Assembly (NCBI GenBank): GCA_951406725.2
Contig: OX597817.1
Location: forward strand, 136,896,001 to 136,960,000
Origin: Octopus vulgaris
Lineage: Eukaryota
Direction: 5' to 3'
DNA length: 64,000 nucleotides
Shown here: piece after piece, positions 1 to 13,589 of the stretch
How the letters are laid out: each line of letters starts with the position of its first letter
Position numbering within the stretch: position 1 is the first letter of the stretch
Translations under genes and position numbers: made by a program
The notes under the pieces: generated by a model
Told to the model about the DNA's origin: nothing
What the model saw: only the letters and a program-made list of their open reading frames with translations
Database searches by the model: none

Positions 1-1389
1 AACTTTATACAATATTTTCATGATTTATCATCTTTGATCAGTAATTTAGTCTACTAACAGACTTAGAAGACTTAGAAAATGTACGCTCACAACCTAGTTT
101 GCTCTTTTTATTTTTGTTGGAATTCCTTGTGGCACAGTGAGGGCAAGTCATTTTGGAAAGGAATGCTGGTTTTGACGACTGGGTTTGTTGTTGTCTCCTG
201 GTTCTTCATTTCTTATAAGAAAAATCCAGACTATATTGGGTGCAAGTTTCTCATCTGTTAAAGTCTCCAGATTATGAATTTTGTGGTATGACTGGAAGTA
301 AGGGAGGGTTGGGGCAGGTGATGACTGACAGAGCACAAAAAGATATGCAGAATAGTAATAATGATGCAGTCAGGCAAAAGATTAGGGAGGAGAGAAAGCG
401 AGAGAGATGATATGTGGTTGGGTAAGTTGCTGGAATATATGGGCAAAGTGGCAAGCATAGCACATTAAGAAAGTAAAAGATATTTGGTGGAGGGGGAGGG
501 AGAGTTAATCTGGTGGCATAGTGGGAGAAGAGTGATCAATGTAAAGTGTGAGTGGAGAGAACAGTATGAATAGACGAAGGATAGATAACAAGTGAAATGG
601 TTCTGGGGTGTCAGAAAAATAAATGTTATGAAGGAAGAGCTGCAGTTAGAGAGATACTGGGTGGTGTGGGTGTTTTGCTGAGAAAATAAATTTTAAAATC
701 ATTCTTTAAATTAACTTGAAAAATAAATTTTACCAAGAAATTGTTTCAAGTTACAGGAGGAGGCAAGCTAGCACTGTTATCCACACCTTCCCATTCAGAC
801 TAGTTCACATCAGTTAAGCCACAAAACATCATCTGGAGACAAATGGCTGTTGCACTAATTACCTCCACACTGTAAATGTGTCTTCATTAGAAATCAATTA
901 GCATCAAATCGTAGGAGGTAGGGGTTGAAGTTTAGTTTAACGAGTTCTCTTTAACAAAAGAATCCAAGTAAAAAATTTTTTGGTAAAATGTGAGAATGTT
1001 TTGACAACAAGAGCAAAAAAAAAAAGTGTGAATGGCAGCCACAATATGTTTAGTGGGAAATTTTTGACCTATGTAGCGGTGGTGGAGGTGGTGGTGCAGC
1101 TATAGATAATGCTAACCTAATTGTTATGCACTGTTGCTATGAGACATAATCTACAATATAGAAACGTATGACAGGATGTCCACCAGTGTTGGGCATCCGG
1201 TTCTATTACCAGGTCAATTTCATGTTTTTCTGATGGTTGCTGAAATCGTTTCTCTACATCTCTCTCTCTCTCTCTTTCTCTTCCCACAAACTGAACTTCA
1301 TCTCCCACTAACCCCCCACCCCTTACCGCTCTCACTCTCACTCCTTTTCTCTCCTTGTTACTCCTGATCTCTTTTCTTTCACGCACATG

Positions 1390-1735
1390 TGCGTGTACAT
1401 ACACATGCACACCTAAATATGTGTGGGCAGATGTGTTTGTATATACATGTGTGCGTGTGTGTGCATGTATGTATATACATATGTATATCTGTATATATGT
1501 ATGTATATATATATATATTTATTTCTGTGTATATGTATATACTTGTGTGTGTGTGTATATGCATGTATATATTTGTGTGTGTGTGTGTGTGTAAATATTT
1601 TTGTGTGTATATACATATATATGTATGTATATATTTTTGTGTGCCTGTATGTGTGTGTGTGTATATATATATATGAATATATTTCTGTGTGCATACATAT
1701 GTTTGTATATATTTTTGTGTGTGTATATATATATC
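1390..1735. repeat. Compound (TA)/(TG) microsatellite
   Basis: Low-complexity TA/TG/CA runs that produce the overlapping Y/I/C/V/H/T ORFs. Confidence 0.95.
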
Positions 1736-2055
1736 ATCGTCATCATTTAATGTCCACTTTCCATGCTGGCATGGGTTGGACGGTTTGACTGAGGGCTGGC
1801 GAGCCAGAAGGCTGCACCAAGCTCCAATCTGATCTGGCAACGTTTCTACAGCGGGATGCCCTTCTTAGCACCAACCACTCTGAGAATGCAGTGGGTGCTT
1901 TTACGTGCCACCGGCACGAGGGCCAGTCTGGCGGTACTGGCATCGGCCATGCTCAAATGGTGCTTTTTACATGCCACCTGCACAGGAGCCAGTCTGGCAG
2001 CCCTGGTAATGACCACGCTTGAATGGTGTTTTTTTATGGGCCACTAGCACAGGAG
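1733..2055 (-). mobile_element. SINE family B (internal GGCACGTAAAAAGCACC repeats, (GAT)n tail)
   Basis: Reverse complement of the body at 21481-21675 and 49694-50013. Boundaries approximate. Confidence 0.8.
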
Positions 2056-2304
2056 CTTGTATATGTGTGTATCAGTGTGCACCTATATATATGTATGCTA
2101 TCATTCTCATTGATTTAACATCCACTGTTTCATGCTTGCATGGATCAGGCAGAATTCTGTTGTAGCAGAATTCTCTACTGATAAATGCCTTTCCTGTCAC
2201 CAACCCTTACCTGTTTGCAAGCAAAATAATATCTTCCCCCATGATGAGATATCATGTGCTATCAAGGAAAGAAGGTAACAACAACTAACATACATATATG
2301 ACAT

Positions 2305-2445
2305 GCTTCTTTCAGTTTCCATCAACCATATCCACTCAACCTGGTGCTATACTTGACACTTGCCCAAAGTGCCTTGTTGTGAAACTGAACCCAAAATTAT
2401 GCGATTTGGAAACAAGCTTTTTACAACACAACCACGCCTGCACCT
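2305..2445 (-). mobile_element. tRNA-derived SINE head fragment (related copies ~31670-31825, ~39870-40005, ~46095-46230, ~63375-63490)
   Basis: Minus strand reads GTGGTTGTG...GGGTTCAGTTTCAC...CACTTTGGGCAAGTGTC, with A/B-box-like segments. The sequence recurs across the window. Confidence 0.65.
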
Positions 2446-2488
2446 CTATGTATATATATTTATATTTATATGTATCATCATCATCATC

Positions 2489-2524
<36 letters not shown>

Positions 2525-2528
<4 letters not shown>

Positions 2529-2690
2529 GTGTCTGGTGGAGAGTCATTCTGTTTTGATGCCTTATTGATTGACACACTCACCAGTTGGATTTCCACTCAT
2601 TTACTTATTTATTTTTTCTAGGATATTTGTTGCTTCTTGCAACCTCTTCAGTAGCTTTCGACTCTCTAACCCTAACCCAAAAACGAAATA
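2525..2690 (-). mobile_element. Short interspersed repeat with a degenerate hammerhead-like motif (possible Penelope-like terminal repeat)
   Basis: Minus strand 2654-2618 reads CTA CTGAAGA G GTTGC-AAGAA-GCAAC AAA TATCC TAG, with G12 of the core missing. Confidence 0.4.
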
Positions 2691-2691
2691 G

Positions 2692-2751
<60 letters not shown>

Positions 2752-2857
2752 GTGAGTGTGTGTATGTGTGTATATATATATATATTTATATATATATATA
2801 TGTGTGTATATATATATATAAGTGTATGTATATATATGTGCATGTATATGCAATGTA

Positions 2858-2908
<51 letters not shown>

Positions 2909-3474
2909 GCATGTATATGCAATGTATGTATGTATATGCATGTATAGATAAATATATAAACATATGTATATATGCATGTGTGTGTGTGTGTATGCATGCC
3001 AGTGATATGTAAAATGCACCATTTGAGCATGGCTGATGCCAGTGCTGCCTGACTGGCTCCCATGCCAGCGGCGCGTAAAAAAGCACCCACTACAATCTTG
3101 GAGTGGTTGGCATTAGGCTGTAGAAACACTGCCAGATCAAATTGCGTCCTGGTGCAGCCTCTTGGCTTCCCAGACCCCAGTCGAACTGTCCAATCTATGC
3201 CAGCATGGAAAACGGACGTTAAATGATGATGATAATGCATATGTATATATATATATATATATGTGTATACATGCATATGTATATATATGTATGTATATAT
3301 ATATATATATATGTGTGTATGTATATATGTATATGCATGTGTATGTATATATGTATATGCATGTGTATGTATATATGTATATGCATGTGTATATATGTAT
3401 GTATATGCATGTGTATATATGTATTTATATGCATGTGTATATATGTATATATATGCATGTGTATATATATATAC

Positions 3475-3550
<76 letters not shown>

Positions 3551-3828
3551 ATATATATATATGTGTATATGTATATATATGTGTGTATATTTATATGTAT
3601 ATTTATATGTGTATATATATGTGTATATATATATATGTATATATATATGCATATATATATGCACATATATGTATATATATGCATGTATGTGTGTGTGTGT
3701 GTATATATATATATACATATATATATACATATATATATATATACATACACTTATGTATGTATATACACCCATGTACGTACCTTTCCTATTTCCTTTCACT
3801 CTGTCTCTGTTATGTTTGCATTATGCAT

Positions 3829-3878
<50 letters not shown>

Positions 3879-3880
3879 AA
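2692..3880. repeat. Compound microsatellite block ((CTAT)n, (TA)n, 24-bp GCATGTGTAT-type units, (CA)n) interrupted by a SINE
   Basis: Directly visible. It is the source of the 200-336 aa spurious ORFs. Confidence 0.95.
2998..3235 (+). mobile_element. SINE family B copy
   Basis: AAAAAGCACCCACTAC...CCAGCATGGAAAACGGACGTTAAATGATGATG, shared with the other copies. Confidence 0.8.
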
Positions 3881-5406
3881 TATATTACTTTATAGATATA
3901 TAACCATGTTTATCACCATTGTTATCGTTGGATAAACACTGTGTAAACTAATGAACATTTACCCCACATCATTCTGACTTTCACCGTCTTCTTGCAAGGC
4001 AATCTGCATGGATCGATCATCGGTAAATATTGTTGACTTCACTTAATCCATAATCTTCAATATTTGCAAGGAAACATGTGTGACCAATCACCACAATGTC
4101 AGTCTGATATTAAGTCTGCGGCTGTTTTATATTCTCAATTGGCTTATATCCACCACCACTGCCACCACCACCACCACCACCATCACCTCTCTCTTCTGCT
4201 CTCTGTCTCTTTTCTCTCCTCTTTCTTTCTACTGCTTACGCCCTCCCGCCTCCGTTTCCTCCCCAACTTTTTTTCTATGTGTCAGTGTTTTATTTCCAAT
4301 AAATCTACTCTCAAAATATACCCAGGAAATTATAATGGCCAGAAAATGTGGTTCAAATATTATGTAGTTTTGAGTTACAGGTTTTTATTTTTATTAGTTT
4401 TCAAGAGAGCGATGGAATGACTCCGCTTGTTATCTTCTCTTACCATCTTTAGAATGGTGTCAAGAGCAATGAGCTGAAGCTGATATTGTTTAAAACCTTG
4501 CTTGAATTTGCAAAGGTTTTGGGTTGAGAGGGACTGGCTGAGAGGGACTTTAATTTTAGGGAGTTAAGATGTGGAGAGTATTCTATGCTGGGTGTTCAGA
4601 ATATGATAGAGAAGAAGAGATGAATAAGTACAAGGGAATGTGTTTAAATAAATGTCATTATGTTAAGCAAGATACCATTTGTAACAGCATGTGGACCCAG
4701 CTTCCCTGTGGGTAGGGATTCTTAAATTCTGGTGAATGTTGAAGGGTTGTCTCTTAGCCTAAAAGACTGATGGTGTGCAGAATGAGTGAACCCTCTTATA
4801 TTTGTGTGCAATATTTAATATTAGGGTCCTCCATCTTGAAAATGTAACAATTCTGGGACATTGAAGAGTGTTTCATTGGAGTGACTTTTAAGGGCCACTA
4901 TCATTGGGATTTACTGAGAGTGTGGTATTTCATTTCTGATAGTATTGAGGGTGTCATGTACCTATTCAAATTGGGTTTATGGTCTCCGATAAGAGTGTGT
5001 ATATTTGTCAAAAGTTGAGGTACACAGTGCAAAATCTCTCTCTCTCTCTCTCTCTCCCCCTTTCTCTCTCACACACACTATGAATTCACTTACTACTTTT
5101 AATTGTAAGACTCATCCTTTGGCTGTGTCTGACTTCATTGGGGTGAAAAAAGAAAAAAGACTGAAACCCTTTTCTGAAAAGATTGATAAGAGTTTTTGTC
5201 CTAAATTGTTAGAAATGTAATGCAGGTGTCAAACTGAAAGTTTATCAGAGAAATACAATATAGCTTCTTTACAGAAATTTCACTGTCAAATATTTGTTTA
5301 TGAAAACACTTTTCTTCATGTTTTACCATTGAGTTTTTCATCACTTTATTTTATATTATAAATACTCCACAGCTACACCAGAAAAAACCTCATTCCTTTT
5401 CTTCTA

Positions 5407-6491
5407 TTCAATCTCAGTCAGATTTTTAAATTAAAATCTAAACAGTTTGAAACTTTAGATACTGGTTGAATGTGTCACATAGAACATAATTTGCTCTTAA
5501 TGTTTTTGAGAAAATTTTGTATTTTAGAAGTTATTTCATGTTAAAGTTGTCGTATTTGGGTCATTTTAACCAATCAATGACTTGTATTCAGCTGAAGAAA
5601 GTTACTGCTGTTTGCGAAAGTAATGGAAGAGCAACAACGTTCGGGTCATCTATTTTGGATGCTGCATACATATATGTATGTATATACACAGACACATGTA
5701 TATGTATACACACACACACACACACATGCGACTTTTAGAATGCTGAGGAAAGGAAAGGGAGGTGGGTGTGAGGAATACATAGCTCTAAAGAGGGAGGGCA
5801 GTTGTGAAGTTGACGACAGTTGTTCATGCAGCGTTTCTACTGTCCATCACACACACGCACATACACACACGCATTCATATGTAAAGCTGATAAAATCCTG
5901 AATGGAAGCAAGGTAAAAGAGAGGGTTTAATAAATTAATATGTAGGGGTGGTGGTGGTAAATTTATATAAGCTGTTGTTCAGATTGTCAACACACTGCCA
6001 CACTCTCCATTCTCTCTCTCTCTCTACAATTTACTGTAAATAGCAGCCAAACTTCTCTCAGTGTCACACACTAACATTATATAGACAAGTGGACACATTG
6101 GATAAGATGGAAAAAATACACATGCACACACACATGTATGTATTCGCTATAAAAGAACTTCCTGTTTTTCTCACCCACCTTTCTTATCTTTCTACTTTTC
6201 TTCCACCTCTCTCTCTCTCTCTTTCATGACCTGATGATCCGGAAGTTGTTGCTCTTCCATTACTTTTGCAAACAGCAGTAACTTTCTTCAGCTGAATACA
6301 AGTCATTGATTGGTTAAAATTACCCAAATACGACAACTTTAACATGAAATAACTTCTAAAATTCAAAATTTTGTCCAAAACGTTAAGAGTAAATAAACCC
6401 TGTTCTTATGTGACACATTCAACCAGTACCCAAAGTTTCAAACTGTTTTGTTAAAAAAATTTTAATTAAAAAATCTATGACTGAGATTGAA
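5407..6491. mobile_element. Foldback/MITE-like element with ~245-bp inverted arms (5407-5650, 6233-6491) around a ~580-bp spacer
   Basis: The arms are near reverse complements. ORFs 5517+ and 6184- share the translation FRSYFMLKLSYLG.FNQSMTCIQLKKVTAVC.SNGRATT. Confidence 0.85.
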
Positions 6492-7632
6492 AAGATCCGG
6501 TAGATTTCTTTTAAACACAAATGTGGCACATTTTGAGGCCCTATAATACCTCCCTTTATGAGGACCTGTTTTATAAGACCCCAAGTTAATGAGTTTTATT
6601 TTTCAAGCACAAGATCCAAATTTTGAACATGATAAATGCTTCTGTGTGTTTCCGAGAAATTGATAGAGAGCAAAAAAAAACTTCTTCTAAGCAAACAACT
6701 CTAGACTTGCTTTTGAAAAAGAAATCTACAAGTCTGTCTACAAGTGCTTGTGAATGAGTGATTGCGTCTACAAGTGGATGGTGTGTGCAAGTGAAAGTGA
6801 TTCAGAAAACGATTATAGTAATATTTTTTTATTATAAATGATCTTGACATTCTTTTTACTTAACATAAAGTATTCTTTACAGTCTACTGTTGTCTTATTT
6901 ATGAGTATTATAAATTTTATAGGTAATTTTTTTTTTTTTCTGGGAACGAATTACAATTTATAACATTGCTGCTATGGGAAATTATTGCTCTGCTTTACAA
7001 GTTTTTGCTTTGCGCACTGTCTCCATGGGACAGATTATTGAGGTATTACTGTATTGCCTTCACATCTAGACTCGTATTACTGCTGTCGCATAAATGTATT
7101 CCTGAACTCCATCTAAATACAATTGGTGTTGGAGGTGGTGGTGGGAACCAAGCAACTGATTATTAAAGAATCACTCATTAACCCTACAACCAGGTTACCA
7201 CCCCTCCCCACTTCTAAGCCTACTTAATTCAAATACCTCTTCACCTTCCATCCCCTACATTGTCTGATTCCTCAAATCCTCTTCTAAATACTGTCTTGTC
7301 CTTCCCATTATTGAATCTCCTGAGGAATATCTCACACCCCACTACCCAACCAACCATTGCTATTGTTTCTTTAACCTACAAAAGACTGACTAAAAACAAC
7401 AGTTGCATTGATCCTATCAGGCTAAGAGGAAGGATAATCATGGTCATTAGGTTTGTCCCCTCCTCCCTACTCCACCTTCTATAAACTCCAAAACAATAGA
7501 AGCCATCTAAAATCTTTGATAATTCAAAAAAATATTGAAATAATGATATTTTCAAAACACATGAGCAATTATTAGTTGATGGCAATGGAGACATCAGAAA
7601 TAATTAGAGTTTTAAGTTTTTACAAGTTTATA

Positions 7633-9225
7633 AGTTAGTTAGTTAGTTAATTTTTTGGCTCAAAAAGCAAAAAGCAAAGCCATGTAGGGGGGACATGGAG
7701 TTATGTACAGGGTGGTGTTCATGTAAAGAGTTCAGGCCACTTGAGGTCAAGGGAGACTTTGAACAAAGCGATCGTCGGCATCTTCACCATCTCGTCTGGC
7801 AGCTTGTTCCACGGATCCACAACCCGGACGGAGAAAGCCCCTTTCCTTCGATTGAGATGAAATCGTCGCAGATAGAGCTTTTCGGAATGACCCCGCAGCC
7901 GACGCTCTGGAGCAGGAGTGAAGAACAGCTCTTTCGAGAGGTTACACTTTCCGCTTATGATGTTGTGAGTGAGAATGAGATCACCACGGCGGTGGCGTTT
8001 TTCTAGAGAATAAAGGTCGAGCGTCTTAAGCCTTTCTTCATAAGACAAATTCTTGAGACCATGAACCATGCGGGTAGCCAGCTTATGGACTCTTTCGAGA
8101 TGCTGTATGTCTTTGAGGAGATAAGGAGAAGAGGCTTGAATCCCATACTCCAATATGGGTCTCACCAGCATGACATAGAGCGGTAGGAATATGGCTGCTG
8201 TGAGCATTCCGAATGACCGTCGAATCAAGGACAGAATTCCGCGTGCTTTGTTGGCAGCATGGACGCACTGGGCCGAAGGCGAAAAGGAGGAATCCACCAA
8301 GATACCCAGGTCCTTTACCTGATCGGTCCTCTCCAGCAGCAGACGACCCGGCTCGAAATCAAGTTGAGTTGCAGGAGGAGAGCCAACAGGCAGATGACAG
8401 CACTTTGACATGTTCAGACACAGGTCCCATTCACTAGACCACCTCCAAATTTGGTGGAGGCATCGATGAAAATCCTCTATATCACTGCGAGGAGCGACCA
8501 GTTTGACATCGTCGGCAAATAGAAGGGTGTGTTGCGTGAGGTCGTCCGGCAAGTCATTTATGAAGACTAAGAACAATAAGGGCCCAAGCACTGAACCATG
8601 AGGCACGCCGCTGCTCACACTGGAGACAAGGATGCGCGTCACCAATTCTTCCATTACCAGTAAGTTGGTCAAGCATGATCTCTTCAGCATGAAGCCGTGT
8701 TGGGAATCAGAGATAGAGGCTGTGTTTTGGAGGTGGAGCATCATACTTTTCTTAAGGATGGTTTCGAACATCTTGCTGATTATTGATGTAAGGGAAACCG
8801 GTCGGTAGTTAAGCGGGTCTTCGCGGCTCCCTTTCTTGAAAATTGGGCAGATTATCGCTGTTCTCCAGTCCGCAGGTATAACACCCGTCGCCAATGACAT
8901 ATTGAATAGACATGTTAAGGGCTCACAGATGACCAGAGCCAACACTTTGATAACCCGTGGGTGTATGCCGTCAGGGCCGTGACCCTTGTTGACATCGAGG
9001 CCTTGAATAACACGTTTGACTTCGTCCCGCGTGATGACCAATCGAAGCATTGGAGGTACCGATCTATCAAATGGAGGGGGTTCACGACCATCATCTTGTT
9101 TGAAAATAGTTGAAAAAGCCTCGGCAAATAATTAACTCTGTTGATAAGGGTCCTCAATTGATACGCCTATTGAGTCTACCAACGTTGCAATTTGGTTGTT
9201 CAAGCGGGAATTCCGTTGGACATGT
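7633..9225 (-). mobile_element. CR1-clade LINE, 5'-truncated ORF2 reverse transcriptase with an internal deletion
   Basis: ORF 7719-9050 has GPDGIHP, PIFKKG, NYRPVSLTS, QHGF, GVPHGSVLGPLLF, FADD and the CR1-type tail LRGHSEKL...FSVRVVDPWNKLP. A (TAAC)n tail lies at ~7633-7650. The segment is GC-rich relative to its flanks. Confidence 0.93.
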
Positions 9226-9817
9226 GTTTATGTTAGATATAATAAATAATTAAAAGTCAATTTATTCCATATCAAAGATAGATTTTCCTTCTCTTTACTG
9301 TTCTTTATGAGAATATTTTATTTATTCCTGGTTATGTTCTCTGGAATTGTTTGCGAACCTGCTGTATTGTGTCGTGTTGCTTGCTACATGTCATTTCTAT
9401 ACTTTATTCAACTTTGAGAGGCAAAAAATGTCGCAAACTAAACATGTAGCAAATATGCTTACACATGAATATTTTATGTATATCTGATAATTTATAGAAC
9501 TTTGTCAACCTTCGACTTTAGTAGTGGTGGTGGTAGTAGTAGTAATAGTGGTAGTGGTTTTCTACAACTTGGTTCCACCATTAGATTTCTTTTGTTCCTG
9601 TCTCAATGTTAGTTGTTCAGTTTTGCCTTTTATATTTATTTTCTTCCTTGTATGTATGTGTGTGTTTGTTGCCTGCATCTGTGTGTGTGTGTGTGTGTGT
9701 TTGGACAGATTATGTGCGCAAGTATTATATCGTTTGTTTTCTCATATGTATATGTAAACATGTGTATGTTAATGTGCGTGTGTGTCTGTTAATATATATA
9801 TATATATATATATATAG

Positions 9818-9857
<40 letters not shown>

Positions 9858-9901
9858 ACTTACTTGGAAATGGATATATATATATATATATATGCATTAT
9901 A

Positions 9902-9932
<31 letters not shown>

Positions 9933-10654
9933 TAGATATGATGTATATATGCATACATATGTATGGTTGTGCACACACACCCACACAGGGTCAGAGGGCG
10001 AGAGAGTGAGTGAGAGTATCTAGGGAATATTGTTAAGTTACTTGTAGGATATGGTGTGGGAGAGGGGGAGAGCAAATTGTTGTTTTTAATTTGCAATTAA
10101 TTGCTGTCTCCCTTTGCCAAGACATCCAGTTATGTCAGCTGAAGTAAAACATTCTGAGTGAATAAACAGAGCAAAGGAAATGAAGAGAATAAAATCAACA
10201 AATTTATCATGGAATATAATGAATCCTGACATTGGCTGCTGTTGTGATCTTTATCAAGCTAATATTGATACACAACTTTACTTTGGAATGAAGAATGATT
10301 TTATAAAGAACAAACACATATCCGCAAACGGTTAGATTGATATTCATTGTTACACTCAAGTATTCTTATTGTTTCATGATTTTATAGCAAATAGACTAAA
10401 ATCAGAATTATCAAGTCAACACTGTTTTCTTGGTGATTCTGATATAAATATATCCAAACTATACTAGACCTTTCCTCCTTTATCCAGTTTAGTTGTCAGA
10501 TAATCTATAGAGATGATACTTGCTCTCTCTCCTCTGCCTCACTGGATAAATTATTCTACTCCTTACACATAAATCATTTCTGAAAATGTACTTTTCTGTT
10601 GTATATATGAATTAATGTTCATGAAATATATCACAAACAATACATATGTATACC

Positions 10655-10889
10655 TATTTTTTTACTACCCACAAGGGGCTAAACACAGAAGGGATAAACA
10701 AGGACAGACAAACGGATTAAGTCGATTATATCAACCCCAGAGCGTAACTGGTACTTGTTTAATCGACCCCAAAAGGATGAAAGGCAAAGTTGACCTCGGC
10801 GGAATTTGAACTCAGAACATAGCGTCAGACGAAATACTGTTAAGCATTTCGCCCGGTGTGCTAATGTTTCTGCCAGCATGCCGCCTTAT
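10655..10889 (-). mobile_element. SINE family A (tRNA-like head; core GAGTTCAAATTCCGCCGAGGTCAACTTTGCCTTTCATCCTTT)
   Basis: B-box-like GAGTTCAAATTCC followed by a conserved core repeated more than 10 times in the window. Confidence 0.85.
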
Positions 10890-13035
10890 ACATATTTATA
10901 CCACCATGAATACAGTGTACACTTGTATATATATTTACCTCTAGACTTAGGGAAAAGACCTGTTTCACACATAAAACACTGTTATCTGTGTGTGTTGGAA
11001 AGGTAAGCCCAATATGTCGCCTGGTTTATTACCTCAGGATGTCTTCAGATGGATTCAATCAATTGTGACTATTTGGAGCAGGCTTCCAAGAGGAGGATTA
11101 AGGGCTGTACTCAGACAGATCTTCTTGCTGTTTCCTCTATTTCCACTTTCTATCCTTCATTTGGCTAATCTCACTGTCTTGAAGAAATCTATCTACCATT
11201 CCCCTCTCTGCTATGATTTTCAGTAAAGTTAATGCATACAATTCCCCACTGGCCCTTGCACCTTTTCACACACACCACACACATCGAAATTCTTAAATGC
11301 AAACCAAACAACCTTCAGCTCTCTCCACCAGTTAATACCCACACCAGTCCATATCCCTCATAGACACATTTATACCCCAATTACATGTCATCTTCAAACT
11401 CAGTCTTTCTGCATCTACTCTCACTGCACCTATTGTTTCTTTTTCTCTCCTAACCGAGGTAACATACCTTACATCCTGCTACCCTACAACCCTATCCCAA
11501 ACTTTCTTGGACTTCATCTCTCATATCATCTCAGTTCAATTAATTCTGTCGGATTTTTGTCAATATCCTTGTTTCACTTCCTATCTTTTTTTAAAGTATT
11601 CTCCGAGTGAAAGAATATCTCTTCACATGTCTTGCAACCAAAACTTCTAAACCCCAATTTCCAAGTGATTTCCCTACACTAGAAATATGAGCAAAGAATT
11701 CTGGAGAATTTACTCATCACATTGACATCTGTAGAACTGCTGTCAGACAAACTTAGGATACCTTGTTTTTCCAGATTGTCTATTCTAGTTGACCTCTCTG
11801 GTCTTTTGCCAAGAGGATCTCTTACCTACTGACTGGAATCTTTCAAATCACCACTTCTCAGTCAGCACAGTGCATTTTGGTTTGTAACACACACACACAC
11901 ACGCCTGCCAAAAATATATCTTTAGCTCCATACTTTTGACAGACACAACAAAACTCTTTTGCTTTCTGTCCCACCACCACCATATAGTCACCGAGTACAA
12001 TTATTCCTTTGATTACTGCAGTTTAAAAATCTTACTGCTCCAAATAGTTTCCTGTACATTACATTCAAAAAATTATGCATCAGACAAAGCTCATATCTTC
12101 ATCAAATGGCACCTTACCATCATGTCTCCATACAAGAAATCTATTCAAATAATTGACAGATCCTTCAGTGTTCTAATAATTCCATGATACTCATCCTTAC
12201 GTGTGGTGTTGTCTGAAAATAATGAACTTGCTTGCTCTCTTATTGATGTTGTTGGATACATATTTGGTTAGCAAGTGGGGTCAGTTTTATGGGAATGTGT
12301 GAGCCCAAAGTTAAGTCAAGTGCAACATCCAGGAAGTTTGTCTCTTGAGTTACCTTAGACTGTTACCTTTCACTGAAAGTTGTTATAATAATCTTTGTCA
12401 GTTGTATGTCCAGCTGTAATATTTGAGATCATAAGTCTCTCATCAATGTACAGCCGTCTGTAATATCGAATGATTTCTCCAGAATCTATAAAACCAGTCT
12501 TACTTACTGACTTCTATACCATGGAACTAACTCAGGGTATATAAGCATCTTGTGAACATTTGTAGAGAGAACACAACATTTAGGAATTGGTTGAAGTTTT
12601 GTAACTTCTGTGTTACAGAGAATCTTCACTTTATCTGTTTCTCTACTTCAATCCTTAAAAAAAAACAACAAAGAAAAATAAACTCATTGCAACTTTCCAT
12701 TTTATGCCAAATTCGTTGTAGAATCAACTGTTCATGATAATTGGCTAAAACTTGATGACAGCATCAACCTAACATCTTGATTTAGGAATCAAATTCACAA
12801 CCCATCCATTGTGAACCATACATTCTAACCACTTGCCCACATATCTTCACAGATGCACACACACGTGTGAACAAAGCCATGTCTGTAATGTAACATGCAT
12901 ATATGCATTATATAAAAACAAAAATACATTCACATGCTCACACATGTATACAACTATACACTCTTGTTCACACATATCTACAAATTTCATCATCATCCTG
13001 CTACTGTCTGCTTTTCCATGTTTGTGGCCTCTCTT

Positions 13036-13097
<62 letters not shown>

Positions 13098-13317
13098 TCG
13101 AATTAAAAGCAGCTCTAATAATGTAAACATCGGTTGCACATACCTGGTGTATGTTATTTGTTTAGATGTCAGTTTGCTGCAGGACAAACATCCCGGGAAA
13201 GCTCCTTACACGACACTGAGTGTTAAAGAGCACTGATGTCCCAGGTAGGTTGAAGCAACTCACCTGTGATGATTGAGAAGATAGATATCAATATTTCTGA
13301 ATCACCAGTCTGGGACA

Positions 13318-13446
13318 TACAAGGAGTGTATGAAAAGTTTTGAGCCTTCAACGCCTTTGACCCTTGAAGTCTTGTATCTTCATCAGAAGTCTTGTACCAT
13401 GTTTTGTTTTCTTTGAGGCTCAAGGCTTTTCATACACCCCCTCATA
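13318..13446. mobile_element. Tc1/mariner-type MITE, ~130 bp
   Basis: Imperfect ~28-bp terminal inverted repeats (TACAAGGAGTGTATGAAAAGTTTTGAGCCT / AGGCTCAAGGCTTTTCATACACCCCCTCATA) with TA at both ends. Confidence 0.7.
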
Positions 13447-13480
13447 TATGCAAATAGTGTGAAGTTTATTTGCTAGTACG

Positions 13481-13543
<63 letters not shown>

Positions 13544-13589
13544 TCGACCAGACCATCAGATGCTGTTATATTCCACTGGTCACAATGCA

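Noticed and set aside
1355-3935. Many long overlapping ORFs (up to 336 aa) rich in Y/I/C/V/H/T/M
   Set aside because: They are translations of (TA)/(TG)/(CA) microsatellites, open in most frames, with no protein-like composition.
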